Source: Sporichthyaceae bacterium
GTDB lineage: Bacteria > Actinomycetota > Actinomycetes > Sporichthyales > Sporichthyaceae
Length of the DNA: 64,000 nt
Assembly: GCA_052389435.1 (NCBI GenBank)
Contig: JBQTIB010000074.1
Coordinates: 6,192 to 70,191 of the forward strand
Direction: 5' to 3'
Under the pieces are notes generated by a model. It did not search any database. It was not told the DNA's origin and was given only the letters and a program-made list of their open reading frames with translations. The number at the start of each line of letters is the position of its first letter. Positions within the stretch are counted from its first letter, which is position 1. Position numbers and translations under genes: made by a program. Of the stretch, positions 50,865 to 59,447 are shown one piece after another.

Positions 50865-51380
50865 TCAGGCCTGGTTGCGCGGGTGCGGCATCGCGTTGGA
50901 GGTGACCGACGGGTCTCCGGGAACGCGGCACACGTGCTCGAGGAACAGCGCGGCTGCGACGAGCCCGAGACCTGCTGCGGCGGCCAATCCGCTGTAGGCG
51001 GCGAGCTCCCCGTACCCGGGTTCGTCGAGGTTGGCGGCCAGGAACAGGGCATACCCGCCGTAGAGACCCACGACCCCGGCACCGACCGGGGAGCTCGCTC
51101 GGGCCAGCACGCCGTACCGCGCGACCGTCAACGGGTTCAGCGCCACGGCGTCCGGGCGCCGCTCGCGCGAGGCGCGCAGCCGCGAACGGGTCGTCAGGGC
51201 CAGGGTCAGCACGATCGCGGCGAACAGCACCAGAACGAGGAAGGCCGAGGGCGGGACGTCCGGCATCGTTCCGCCCCGGCCGTCGAACACCAGGCCGCCG
51301 CCCCAGCCCAGCGCGCCGACGACCGTCGCGATGGCGACCAGGACCTGCCAGCGGGTACCCCGCAGCGGTTGCGACTGCAT
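50865..51380 (-). CDS. DUF3180 membrane protein (Rv3605c-like, conserved downstream of folK)
   Basis: Four TM segments. LNPLTVARYGVLARASSPVGAGVVGLYGGY and LFLEHVCRVPGDP match the Rv3605c pattern. The position after folK is conserved. Confidence 0.7.
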   Translation of the reverse strand: MQSQPLRGTRWQVLVAIATVVGALGWGGGLVFDGRGGTMPDVPPSAFLVLVLFAAIVLTLALTTRSRLRASRERRPDAVALNPLTVARYGVLARASSPVGAGVVGLYGGYALFLAANLDEPGYGELAAYSGLAAAAGLGLVAAALFLEHVCRVPGDPSVTSNAMPHPRNQA

Positions 51381-51388
51381 GGAGTGGA

Positions 51389-51955
51389 TCAGGCGGGCAG
51401 GTCGAGCGCGACGTCGGGGACCCGGCGGATCGTGCCCATGTCGACCGACTGCAGCAGGTCCACCAACTTGCCCTTGGTGACCAGTTCGCCGTCCGGCTCC
51501 ATGTCGTACCAGGGCGCGAGCACGAAGGCGCGCTCGTGGGCGCGCGGGTGCGGGAGCGTGATGGCCGGGTCGTCGAGGACCCGGTCCGCGAGCGCGATCA
51601 CGTCGATGTCGAGGCGGCGCGGGCCGCGGCGGTCTTCGCCGAGCCGAGCGCGGCCGAAGGCCTCCTCGACCGCGTGGCAGCGCTCGAGCAGCGTTGCGCC
51701 GGACATCTCGGTGTCCACGATGAGAACGGCGTTGAGGAACTTGGGGCCGTCGTACTCGGTCTCGGGCAGCGTCTCGTAGATCGGCGAGACGCTCAGGCCC
51801 CAGATGCCGGGGGCGTCCAGAATCGCGTCGACCGCGTTCTGCAGGTTCGCGACGCGGTCGCCGGAGTTGCTGCCGAGCGAGAGCACCGCCCGACGGATCG
51901 GCCGAAGCTGGCCGGTCAGGGTGTCGTCGATTTGGTAGGCCGGGGTGTCATTCAC
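51389..51955 (-). CDS. folK: 2-amino-4-hydroxy-6-hydroxymethyldihydropteridine diphosphokinase
   Basis: AVLSLGSNSGDR...SPIYETLP...RWGPR-like RRGPRRLDIDVI...LTLPHPRAHERAFVLAPW. The GTG at 51955 overlaps the folB stop. Confidence 0.9.
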   Translation of the reverse strand: MNDTPAYQIDDTLTGQLRPIRRAVLSLGSNSGDRVANLQNAVDAILDAPGIWGLSVSPIYETLPETEYDGPKFLNAVLIVDTEMSGATLLERCHAVEEAFGRARLGEDRRGPRRLDIDVIALADRVLDDPAITLPHPRAHERAFVLAPWYDMEPDGELVTKGKLVDLLQSVDMGTIRRVPDVALDLPA

Positions 51956-52314
51956 GAGCGACTCCGCGTGATCGTGACCGATACGTCGTCGAACGGCACA
52001 GCAACCGGGGCGCCCGGTTTGTGCACCGTGACCTCCACGCTCTCCACGCGAGGACGGGACAAGCACTCTGCGGCGATCCGGTCGGCGAGGGTCTCGATGA
52101 GCTTGACCGGCTCGCCCTCCACGAGGGCGACCACCCGATCGGCCAGGTCCGCGTAGTCGACCGTATCGGCCACGTCGTCGCTCTTCGCCGCCGGGCGGGT
52201 GTCGAGCCCGAGGTTCACGTCGACGAAGAACGGCTGGCCGAGAACCTGCTCCTCGGCGAGCACGCCGTGGCGGCCAAAGCCTCGTAGACCCCGCAGGGCG
52301 ACCCGGTCGAGCAT
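51952..52314 (-). CDS. folB: Dihydroneopterin aldolase
   Basis: 120 aa, MLDRVALRGLRGFGRHGVLAEEQVLGQPFFVDV...TVDYADLA...LIETLA. Confidence 0.9.
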   Translation of the reverse strand: MLDRVALRGLRGFGRHGVLAEEQVLGQPFFVDVNLGLDTRPAAKSDDVADTVDYADLADRVVALVEGEPVKLIETLADRIAAECLSRPRVESVEVTVHKPGAPVAVPFDDVSVTITRSRS

Positions 52315-52487
52315 GGCGCCAACCTACCCGGCGGGCCCCCTGTCGGCACCCGCCGGATGCTGAGAACCCAGGGAGTGCCCAGGAATGGGCGGCCTTCGTC
52401 GCGGACGTGCTGGGTCGTGTCCCTTGAATCCTGGCGGCGCGGACCGGCGCCACGACGACGCCCGGCGGCGTTGTCGCGGGACACTCC

Positions 52488-52940
52488 CTAGTCCTCGTCG
52501 TCTTCGTTCACACCCGCAAGAACCGGGGAGCCGTGGCGGACCCAGAGCCGCCAGCCGGCGTCGGTGCGGCGAAACAGGTTCGTCGCCACCCCGCGAGCGC
52601 CGGCGAACGCCGTGGAGTCGGCCCCGGACTCGTCGTCCTCGGCGGCGGTGATGATGTTCTCCACGCAGGTCAGCACGGCGAGGTCGCCCGCGAGCTCGAG
52701 TTCGACGTCGGTGATGACGAACTGGATGTAGGTGGTGTTGGCCATGATCATCGCCCAGGAGCGCAGGACCTCGTCCCGGCCGCGCAGCGTCGGCCAACCG
52801 GGGTGCACGCACACGACGGACTCGGAGTGCTCGCCGTCGATCCAGAGGGCGTCCATGCGGTCGAGGTCGCCGGCCTCGAAGGCGGCGTAGAGGTCCTCGT
52901 TCAGTTCGACCAGACGCGCGCGATCGCCTGCTTCGCTCAT
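52488..52940 (-). CDS. NTF2-like (SnoaL/DUF4440) family protein
   Basis: 150 aa. LNEDLYAAFEAGDLDRMDALW...VHPGWPTLRGRDEVLRSW...FRRTDAGWRLWVRHGSP is typical of the NTF2 fold. The ATG overlaps the folP stop. Confidence 0.7.
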   Translation of the reverse strand: MSEAGDRARLVELNEDLYAAFEAGDLDRMDALWIDGEHSESVVCVHPGWPTLRGRDEVLRSWAMIMANTTYIQFVITDVELELAGDLAVLTCVENIITAAEDDESGADSTAFAGARGVATNLFRRTDAGWRLWVRHGSPVLAGVNEDDED

Positions 52941-53779
52941 GTGCCCGTCCAGGCCCGTGCCACGGCCACCGCGTCGCGCGAGGGCCGCGGAGCGTGCACG
53001 CGGACCGCCCACGCCCCGGCGGCGGCGGACAGCGCGGTCAGGGCCGTGGTGGCGTCCTCGCGCTCGCCGACCGGACGGGAGGTGCCGTCGGGACCGAGCG
53101 AGCCGAGAAAGGCCTTGCGGGAGCCGCCGACCAACAGCGGCCGGCCGAGTTCGCCGAGCTCGTGGAGGCGACGCAGCAGTTCCCAGTTGTGCGCGGAGGT
53201 TTTCGCAAAGCCGAGACCCGGGTCCAGGATGACCCGTTCGCGCTCGATGCCCGCGTTCTCGGCGGCGGCGAGGCGCTCGGCCAACTCCGCGCGAACGTCG
53301 CGGACGACGTCGGAGTACTGCGCGCGGTCGGCCATGTCCGCGCTCGGCCCTCGCCAGTGCATGAGCACGTACGGTACGCGGGCGGACGCGACGTACGGCA
53401 GCATCGCCGGGTCGGCGAGCCCTCCGCTGACGTCGTTGACCAGGGCGGCGCCGGCCTCGACGGCGGCCTGCGCGACGACGGCCCGCGCGGTATCGATCGA
53501 TACCACGATGCCGGCGGCGACGAGACCGCGCACCACGGGCAGGACGCGGGCGAGTTCCTCCTCGGCCTCCACCCGAGCGGCTCCGGGACGCGTGGACTCC
53601 CCGCCCACGTCGACGAGGTCCGCGCCCTCGGCCGACAGCAGGCGCCCGTGCTCGATCGCGGCGGCCGCGTCGGCGTGCGCACCGCCGTCGGAGAAGGAGT
53701 CGGGGGTGGCGTTCAGCACCCCCACGACCAGGCACCGGTCCGCGGTCGGCAGACCGGGCAGATCCCAGGCCCGCAGCAT
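52937..53779 (-). CDS. folP: Dihydropteroate synthase
   Basis: VVGVLNATPDSFSDGG...DVGGESTRPGA...VSIDT...VNDVSGG...LMHWRG...DPGLGFAKT. Confidence 0.92.
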   Translation of the reverse strand: MLRAWDLPGLPTADRCLVVGVLNATPDSFSDGGAHADAAAAIEHGRLLSAEGADLVDVGGESTRPGAARVEAEEELARVLPVVRGLVAAGIVVSIDTARAVVAQAAVEAGAALVNDVSGGLADPAMLPYVASARVPYVLMHWRGPSADMADRAQYSDVVRDVRAELAERLAAAENAGIERERVILDPGLGFAKTSAHNWELLRRLHELGELGRPLLVGGSRKAFLGSLGPDGTSRPVGEREDATTALTALSAAAGAWAVRVHAPRPSRDAVAVARAWTGT

Positions 53780-53840
53780 CGGGCAATCCTGCCGGCCACC
53801 TTCGGTACCGACCGGGCGGGCTCCCGAACCGGACGCGGGG

Positions 53841-54656
53841 CTAGCCCCGGCGGCGGGCCTGCGGCGCCGGGGAGTCGGACGGGGCGCGCGGGGCGACGAT
53901 CCGCGGGCCGTAGCCGGCGCGGTTCATCCCGGCGACGGCCTCGGAGTTCGCGCGCGCCAGATCGGCCTCGAAGTCGACCTCGACGGCGTAGAAGTCCGAG
54001 ATGTCCACGGGCAGCACCGCCATCCCGGCGGCGATGGCGGTTTCTAGGCCGCGTTCGAAGTAGTCCTGGTCGGCGCAGGCGGTCAGGTGCTCGATCAGCA
54101 TCGCCTTGTGCCGCGGCGCGACGTAGTTGATGCCGACGGCCTCGCCCTCGCCGTCGACGACGGTCTTGGACAGCGCTTCGATCAGGCCCTCGGGGTCGCG
54201 GGTGTACTTGACCTCCTCCTCGCCGACGGCGGAGGTGTTGACGCACACGAACGACTCCCCGCCTCGGATCAGCGGCTTGAGCCGCACGAGCAGGCGGTGG
54301 TCGAAGACGACGTCGCCGTTGAGCCAGAGCACGCCGCCGGCGGCGCTGGACTTCAGCGCGCGCAGCAGGCTCTGGGAGGTGTTGGTGGTGTCGAAGCGCT
54401 CGTTGTAGGCGAACAGGAGCCAGGGGAAGGTCTCCATGATCATTTCCTTCTTGAACCCGACGACCGCGGTGATGCGGGCCGAGTTCCCGAAGACCGCCCG
54501 GATGTTGTCGAGCTGGTGGGCCATGATCGGCCGACCGCTCGCCAACGGCGTCAGCGGCTTGGGCATCGGGCGCCCGAGCCGGGTTCCCATCCCGGCGGCC
54601 AGGATGACGACCTGGACCTGATCCGAGCACTGCGCGATCTCGTAGGCGTTCGACAT
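53841..54656 (-). CDS. Nucleotidyltransferase (LicC-like cytidylyltransferase family) inserted between folE and folP
   Basis: VVILAAGMGTRLGRPMPKPL (GxGTRL...PK signature), NERFDTTNTSQSL, NGDVVFD and a C-terminal YAVEVDFEADL block as in LicC-type enzymes. The 5' part has visibly lower G+C. Confidence 0.62.
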   Translation of the reverse strand: MSNAYEIAQCSDQVQVVILAAGMGTRLGRPMPKPLTPLASGRPIMAHQLDNIRAVFGNSARITAVVGFKKEMIMETFPWLLFAYNERFDTTNTSQSLLRALKSSAAGGVLWLNGDVVFDHRLLVRLKPLIRGGESFVCVNTSAVGEEEVKYTRDPEGLIEALSKTVVDGEGEAVGINYVAPRHKAMLIEHLTACADQDYFERGLETAIAAGMAVLPVDISDFYAVEVDFEADLARANSEAVAGMNRAGYGPRIVAPRAPSDSPAPQARRRG

Positions 54657-54830
54657 GGACGCGAGTATCGACGCGCCCCCGCAACGACGGGTGCGAATTG
54701 GTCCGTCCGAGGAGTCCGCGAAATTCTCGGCGTGTCAGCCCACACGGCTCCACACATCGGACAATTCGGGCACGCCGACAGCCATCGCGGATGACGTGCG
54801 CACATGGTGCCTTGACACCGAAGGGGGCGG

Positions 54831-55442
54831 CTACCGCCGGTTGATCAGCCCCATCGCCTCGGCCCGGGTCGAAGCGCTCTGCTCCAGGACGCCGCGCACC
54901 GCGGAGGTGAAGGTGCGGGCTCCCTGCTTGCGCACGCCCCGCATGGTCATGCAGAGGTGCTCGGCCTCGATGACGACGATGACGCCCTGCGGCTCCAGGA
55001 TGGTCATCAGCGCGTCGGCGATCTGGGTGGTCAGGCGTTCCTGGACCTGCGGGCGGCGTGCGTAGACCTCGACGAGCCGGGCCAGCTTGGACAGGCCGGT
55101 GATCTTGCCCGCCTCGGCGGGGATGTACCCGATGTGCGCAACGCCGTGGAAGGGCACGAGGTGGTGCTCGCAGCAGGAGTACATCTCGATGTCGCGGACC
55201 AGGATCAGTTCGTCGTGGCCGATGTCGAACGTCGTCGACAGGACCTCCTCCGGGGACTGCCAGAGCCCGCCGAAGATCTCCGCGTACGCCCGCGCGACCC
55301 GGGCCGGGGTCTGCCGCAGGCCGTCGCGGTCGGGGTTCTCGCCGATCGCGAACAGGATTTCGCGGACGGCCGCCTCGACCCGCTTGGCGTCGTAGGGGGG
55401 ACGCTGCTCGGCGTCGTCGGTCAGGGAGATCGGGGTGACCAT
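54831..55442 (-). CDS. folE: GTP cyclohydrolase I
   Basis: ...[21 protein letters not shown]...[10 protein letters not shown]...RPQVQERLT...[14 protein letters not shown]. Confidence 0.93.
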   Translation of the reverse strand: MVTPISLTDDAEQRPPYDAKRVEAAVREILFAIGENPDRDGLRQTPARVARAYAEIFGGLWQSPEEVLSTTFDIGHDELILVRDIEMYSCCEHHLVPFHGVAHIGYIPAEAGKITGLSKLARLVEVYARRPQVQERLTTQIADALMTILEPQGVIVVIEAEHLCMTMRGVRKQGARTFTSAVRGVLEQSASTRAEAMGLINRR

Positions 55443-55461
55443 CCCGTCAGCCTACGAGCCG

Positions 55462-57195
55462 TCAGGAGGTCGAGGTCGGGGTGGGCGACGGGGTGCCGGT
55501 GAAGGTCGCAGTGGGACTCGACGAAGGCGTCGCGGGCGAGGTCGGCGAGGGGGTCGAGGTCGCCGTCGGAGCCGGCGTGAAGGTGAACGTCGGGCTCGGG
55601 CTCGGCGACGGGGACTCCCCGTACGGGCAGCGCGGACGCATGCCGCGGATCAGCCGGTTCCAGGTCCACTCGTCGATGACGCCGAAGCGCGGGTACCGCT
55701 CGCACTTGGAGAACTGGAAGGCCCGGATAGCGGCCTCGGTCCGAGACCCGAAGTACCCGTCGACGGTTTCGACCTTCAGCGCGGACTGGATCATCCGCAC
55801 GTCGACGCGACACCGGTCGAAGGCCTCCGACCGCCGGATGGTCCCGACCAGTCCCCCGTTGGGCCCGGGCACGAACGGCAGACAGTTCGGGGTGGCCGAG
55901 GCCGTCGCGGACGGCGTCGCGGTCGCGGTGTCGGTGGGCGTCGGGGTGGGCGTGGGCGTTTCGGTCGCCGGCGCGAGGACCGCCGGGATCGGCGGCGGCG
56001 GCGACACGACGTCGCTCGTGGCGTCCCCGCTCCCGCGGTTGACGGCCCACACGGCGCCGACACCGGCGAGCAGCAGGAGTGCGGCCACCGCGGCGACCAC
56101 GGCCCGCCGACCGTCGGGGCGGTGCGGGTACGCGGCCGGGTAGGCGACCGGCGCCACGCCCGCGGCAGCCGCGGGCTCCGCAGCGGGAGATGCCGCAGCG
56201 GCGGGCGGGAACGCGGCGGGCGGCGGGAACGCGGCGGCGGGCGGGAAGGGAGCGGGCGGTGCGACCGGGACCACGAGAGTGTCCTCGGTCGGCGAGGAGT
56301 CGTAGGCGGGCGGGGAGTCGTCGGCCGCCGGGGGGTCGTAGGCCGGCGCGGATCCGCCGGCGGGGGGCGGGACGCTCAGCGCCGCCGCGGCGGGAAGGCC
56401 CGCTGTCAGCAGCGCCAGGCCGTCGAGCCGGCCGGCGACGGCGGCCGCCGTGGCCGGCCGGCGGGCCGGGTCGGCGGCGATCAGTTCGAGGATCGCCGCC
56501 CACAGCGAATCGGGCACGCCGGCCGGGCGGCCGGGTGCGCCGCCGAGGTGGCCCTGCGCCAGCGCGGCGGCCTCGCCCACGTACGGGGTGACCCCGCAGC
56601 AGAGTTCGTAGAGCACGACGCCCAGCGCGTAGAGGTCGCCCGCGGGCGTCGGAGCGGCGCCGCGCCACCGTTCCGGGGCCAGGTAGGGCAGCGGAGCGGG
56701 CGGACCGGTCGGGCTTCCCACGCCGGGGTGGGCGATGCCGAAGTCGGTGATGCGCGGGCGCGGCGGGTTGTCCCGGTTGTCGAGGAGCACGTCTTCGGGC
56801 TTGAGCGAGCCGTGGACGACGCCCGCGGCGTGCAGCGCCTCGAGGCCGCGGGCGACGCCGGCGCCGATCCGGGCGACGTCGGCGGGCGGCAGGGGGCCGG
56901 CCGCCAGGGCCGCGCGCAGGTCCCCGCCGGGCACCAGCGAGGACACGATGGCCAGCGTCTCGCCCTCGACGAGCAGGTCCTGGACGCCGACGATGTTCGG
57001 TCCGGCGACGCTCAACAGCCGGTTCCGCTCGTACACGAACCGGGCGACCATCGCCGGGTCGGCCGCGATGTGCGGGTGGAGAACCTTGATGGCGTAGATG
57101 TCGCCGAGGTCGTCCTCGCCGTAGAAGACCTCGCCCAGGCTGCCCGCGCCGATGGGTGCGCCGACGCGGTAGGAATCGCCGAGCGGTCTACTCAC
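55462..57195 (-). CDS. Ser/Thr-kinase-fold membrane protein with an extracellular PG_binding_1-like domain; the catalytic loop is non-canonical (HGS instead of HRD)
   Basis: GAGSLGEV, YAIKVL, DFG and APE are present, but the catalytic loop reads VVHGSLKPEDVLL (codons at about 56814-56806). TM AVVAAVAALLLLAGVGAVWAV. VDGYFGSRTEAAIRAFQ repeat, then a Pro/Thr/Ser-rich tail. Confidence 0.8.
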   Translation of the reverse strand: MSRPLGDSYRVGAPIGAGSLGEVFYGEDDLGDIYAIKVLHPHIAADPAMVARFVYERNRLLSVAGPNIVGVQDLLVEGETLAIVSSLVPGGDLRAALAAGPLPPADVARIGAGVARGLEALHAAGVVHGSLKPEDVLLDNRDNPPRPRITDFGIAHPGVGSPTGPPAPLPYLAPERWRGAAPTPAGDLYALGVVLYELCCGVTPYVGEAAALAQGHLGGAPGRPAGVPDSLWAAILELIAADPARRPATAAAVAGRLDGLALLTAGLPAAAALSVPPPAGGSAPAYDPPAADDSPPAYDSSPTEDTLVVPVAPPAPFPPAAAFPPPAAFPPAAAASPAAEPAAAAGVAPVAYPAAYPHRPDGRRAVVAAVAALLLLAGVGAVWAVNRGSGDATSDVVSPPPPIPAVLAPATETPTPTPTPTDTATATPSATASATPNCLPFVPGPNGGLVGTIRRSEAFDRCRVDVRMIQSALKVETVDGYFGSRTEAAIRAFQFSKCERYPRFGVIDEWTWNRLIRGMRPRCPYGESPSPSPSPTFTFTPAPTATSTPSPTSPATPSSSPTATFTGTPSPTPTSTS

Positions 57196-57361
57196 GCCAA
57201 CCCTTCCACACTACGAACCCGTGCGGAACTGCTCGCCCGCCGGGATGACCGAAACGATAGGCGCCGCGGGCTGGTCCCGACGGCGGAACGGGCGATTCCG
57301 GACCGGTGTCCCCGCAGCCCCGCGGTGCGTTCGTCGCAAGCGGTCCTCCGGTGGGCCACCC

Positions 57362-59185
57362 CTAGTCGAAAGGCCGCGCGGCCTCGGGGTCGGCGGTGGC
57401 CTGCACCCGGGGACCGTCCGCGGCCGCCCCCGCCGGTTCGACGGCCGGTTCGACGGCCGGTTCGACGGCCGGTTCCGAAGTCGGTTCGGCGGTCGGTCGG
57501 CCCGTGGGTGCGGAGGTCGGTCTGCCGGTCGGGGCGGAGGTGGGCTCGGCGGACGGCGCCGGGGCGCCCGTCGGTGCCGGGGTGCGGGTCGGTTCCGGGG
57601 CAGTCGGCGGAGCAGCGGTCGGAGCAGTCGTCGGAGCGGCGGTGGGACGGGGCGAGGGCACCGGGGCGGTCTGGCCCGCGGGGCACTGCTGCGTGCGACC
57701 GCGGACGGCCGAGTCCCAGGTCCACCGGTCCAGCGCGCCCGGATCCGGGTAGTTCGGGCAGCGCGAGGTCTGGTGGCGCCGCACGGCCTCCCGCGTCTTG
57801 GGGCCGAAATAGCCGTTGACCGGGGTGACGCCCAACGCCTCCTGCGCCCTGCGGACGTCCTCCCGGCACCCGCCGGCGGCCTCCTCGCTGCGTACGGTGC
57901 TCGAGCGCCCGCCGTCGGCTGCGGTTCGCGCCGGCGCGCACGCGGTGCTCGCCGCCGAGCTCGGCGGCGCGGCCGGCGCCGCGACGGGCGGGGGCTCGGG
58001 GGCCGCGGGCGCGGCTTCGACGGCGGGTACCGGCGACGGCTGCGCTGCGGGCGCCGCCGTCGCGGTCGGCAGCGGCGTCTCGACGCCCGCGGTCACCGCG
58101 GACGGCACGGGTTCCGGCTGCGTGACGACCAGCGCCTGCGGGGTCGCTGCGCCGTCGGAGGGACCGAAGGCCGCCCACGCTCCGCCGGCCATCAGCAGGG
58201 CGGCGACGGCGATGCCGGCGGGCACCGCGCGACCGTCGCGCCTGCGCTGCCCGGGCGGCCGGACGGCGGTCGCCCCCGCCGCCGTCGCCGCGACCGCCGC
58301 GGCCGCCGGATGCCCGGGGATCGCTGCGGCGCTCGCCGGTCGACGCACCGGCGGCGGCGGAACGTGCAGGCGAGGAGCGCGCCGGGCCCCGGCGACGAGG
58401 AGGGCCAACGCCTCCAGACGGGTCGCGACGTGCATCGCGTCCGGCGGGCGCAGCGCGGGATCGCGGGCGGTCAACTCCGCGATCAGCTCCCACAGCCAGT
58501 CGGGAATCCCGTCCGGGCGGCCGGGCGCGTGACCGAGGTGGCCCTCCCGGACCGCGGCGGGCTCGCCGACGAACGGCGGCACCCCGCAGGACATCTCGTA
58601 GAGCACGATCCCGAGCGCGTACAGGTCCGCGGCCTCGCTCGGCGGCGCTCCGCGCCAGAGCTCGGGAGCCCGGTACGCGGGAGCTCCGACGTCCTCGAAC
58701 CCCGCCGCCGCGGCCATCGCGGACAGCCCGACGTCGACGAGGCGGGGCCGAGCGGGGTTGCTGGAGTAGTCGACGATCACGTCGCGCGGCTTGAGACCGC
58801 CGTGCACGATCCCGGCCGCGTGCGCCTCGCCGAGGCCGCGCGCGATCCCGGCGCCGAACCGCGCGACGTCGGCAGGGGCCAGCGGACCGCCGTAGAGGAG
58901 GTGGCGCAGGTCCCCACCGGGTGCGAACTCGGTGACCACGGCTAGGACGCCGGGCCCGACGACCAGGTCCAGGACGGGAACGAGGTGCGTCCCGCGCAGG
59001 CCCACGAGTTCGTGCCGGCGACCGGCGAACTGCGCGAGAAAATCCGGCGACCGGGTCAGGTCCGGACGCAGCACCTTGATCGCGCAGCGCTGCCCGTCGA
59101 GGTCCTCGGAGTCGAAGACCTCGCCGAGGGTGCCGCGACCGATCGGCGTACCGATCCGATAGCGACCGCCAAGCGGCTCACTCAC
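57362..59185 (-). CDS. Ser/Thr-kinase-fold membrane protein paralogue with a PG_binding_1-like domain; HRD is replaced by HGG and DFG by DVG
   Basis: GRGTLGEV, CAIKVL, IVHGGLKPRDVIV, VDVGLS, APEL. TM IAVAALLMAGGAWAAF. VNGYFGPKTREAVRRHQ. C-terminal (PTGRPTSA)2 and (EPAV)3-4 repeats. Confidence 0.8.
   Translation of the reverse strand: MSEPLGGRYRIGTPIGRGTLGEVFDSEDLDGQRCAIKVLRPDLTRSPDFLAQFAGRRHELVGLRGTHLVPVLDLVVGPGVLAVVTEFAPGGDLRHLLYGGPLAPADVARFGAGIARGLGEAHAAGIVHGGLKPRDVIVDYSSNPARPRLVDVGLSAMAAAAGFEDVGAPAYRAPELWRGAPPSEAADLYALGIVLYEMSCGVPPFVGEPAAVREGHLGHAPGRPDGIPDWLWELIAELTARDPALRPPDAMHVATRLEALALLVAGARRAPRLHVPPPPVRRPASAAAIPGHPAAAAVAATAAGATAVRPPGQRRRDGRAVPAGIAVAALLMAGGAWAAFGPSDGAATPQALVVTQPEPVPSAVTAGVETPLPTATAAPAAQPSPVPAVEAAPAAPEPPPVAAPAAPPSSAASTACAPARTAADGGRSSTVRSEEAAGGCREDVRRAQEALGVTPVNGYFGPKTREAVRRHQTSRCPNYPDPGALDRWTWDSAVRGRTQQCPAGQTAPVPSPRPTAAPTTAPTAAPPTAPEPTRTPAPTGAPAPSAEPTSAPTGRPTSAPTGRPTAEPTSEPAVEPAVEPAVEPAGAAADGPRVQATADPEAARPFD
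57433..57560 (-). repeat. In-frame coding tandem repeats (12-nt and 24-nt units) in the 3' end of the second kinase-like gene
   Basis: ccggttcgacgg occurs 3 times plus a degenerate copy (57433-57480) and encodes EPAVEPAVEPAVEPAG. The adjacent imperfect 24-nt units encode PTGRPTSAPTGRPTAEPTSEP. Confidence 0.8.
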
Positions 59186-59305
59186 CTGTTTGCTCCGTCC
59201 GCCCCCCGGCGCTGATCACGTTAGCCGCGAACCCTCCTAACCCGCTGTGAAAAACGGGCGACCCCGGACCAAAAGGTGCTCCGGGATCGCGCGGGTCGTC
59301 GCCAG

Positions 59306-59447
59306 TCGGTCGGTGCTCGGCCCGCCTAGGCGGTCGGCGGGTCGAACTCAGCCGTCGTCTTCGCCCCACCGACCGCCGGGTACTGCGGTCGGTGCTCGCC
59401 CGCCTAGGCGGTCGGTGCTCGCCCGCCTAGGCGGTCGGCGGGTCGAA
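59306..59447. repeat. Triplicated 23-nt unit containing the palindrome CCGCCTAGGCGG, including a duplicate of the last ~21 nt of ftsH
   Basis: ggtcggtgctcg(g)cccgcctaggc occurs at 59308, 59387 and 59410. Both 59327-59346 and 59428-59447 read (c)ctaggcggtcggcgggtcgaa, the reverse complement of the ftsH 3' end FDPPTA-stop. Confidence 0.75.
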
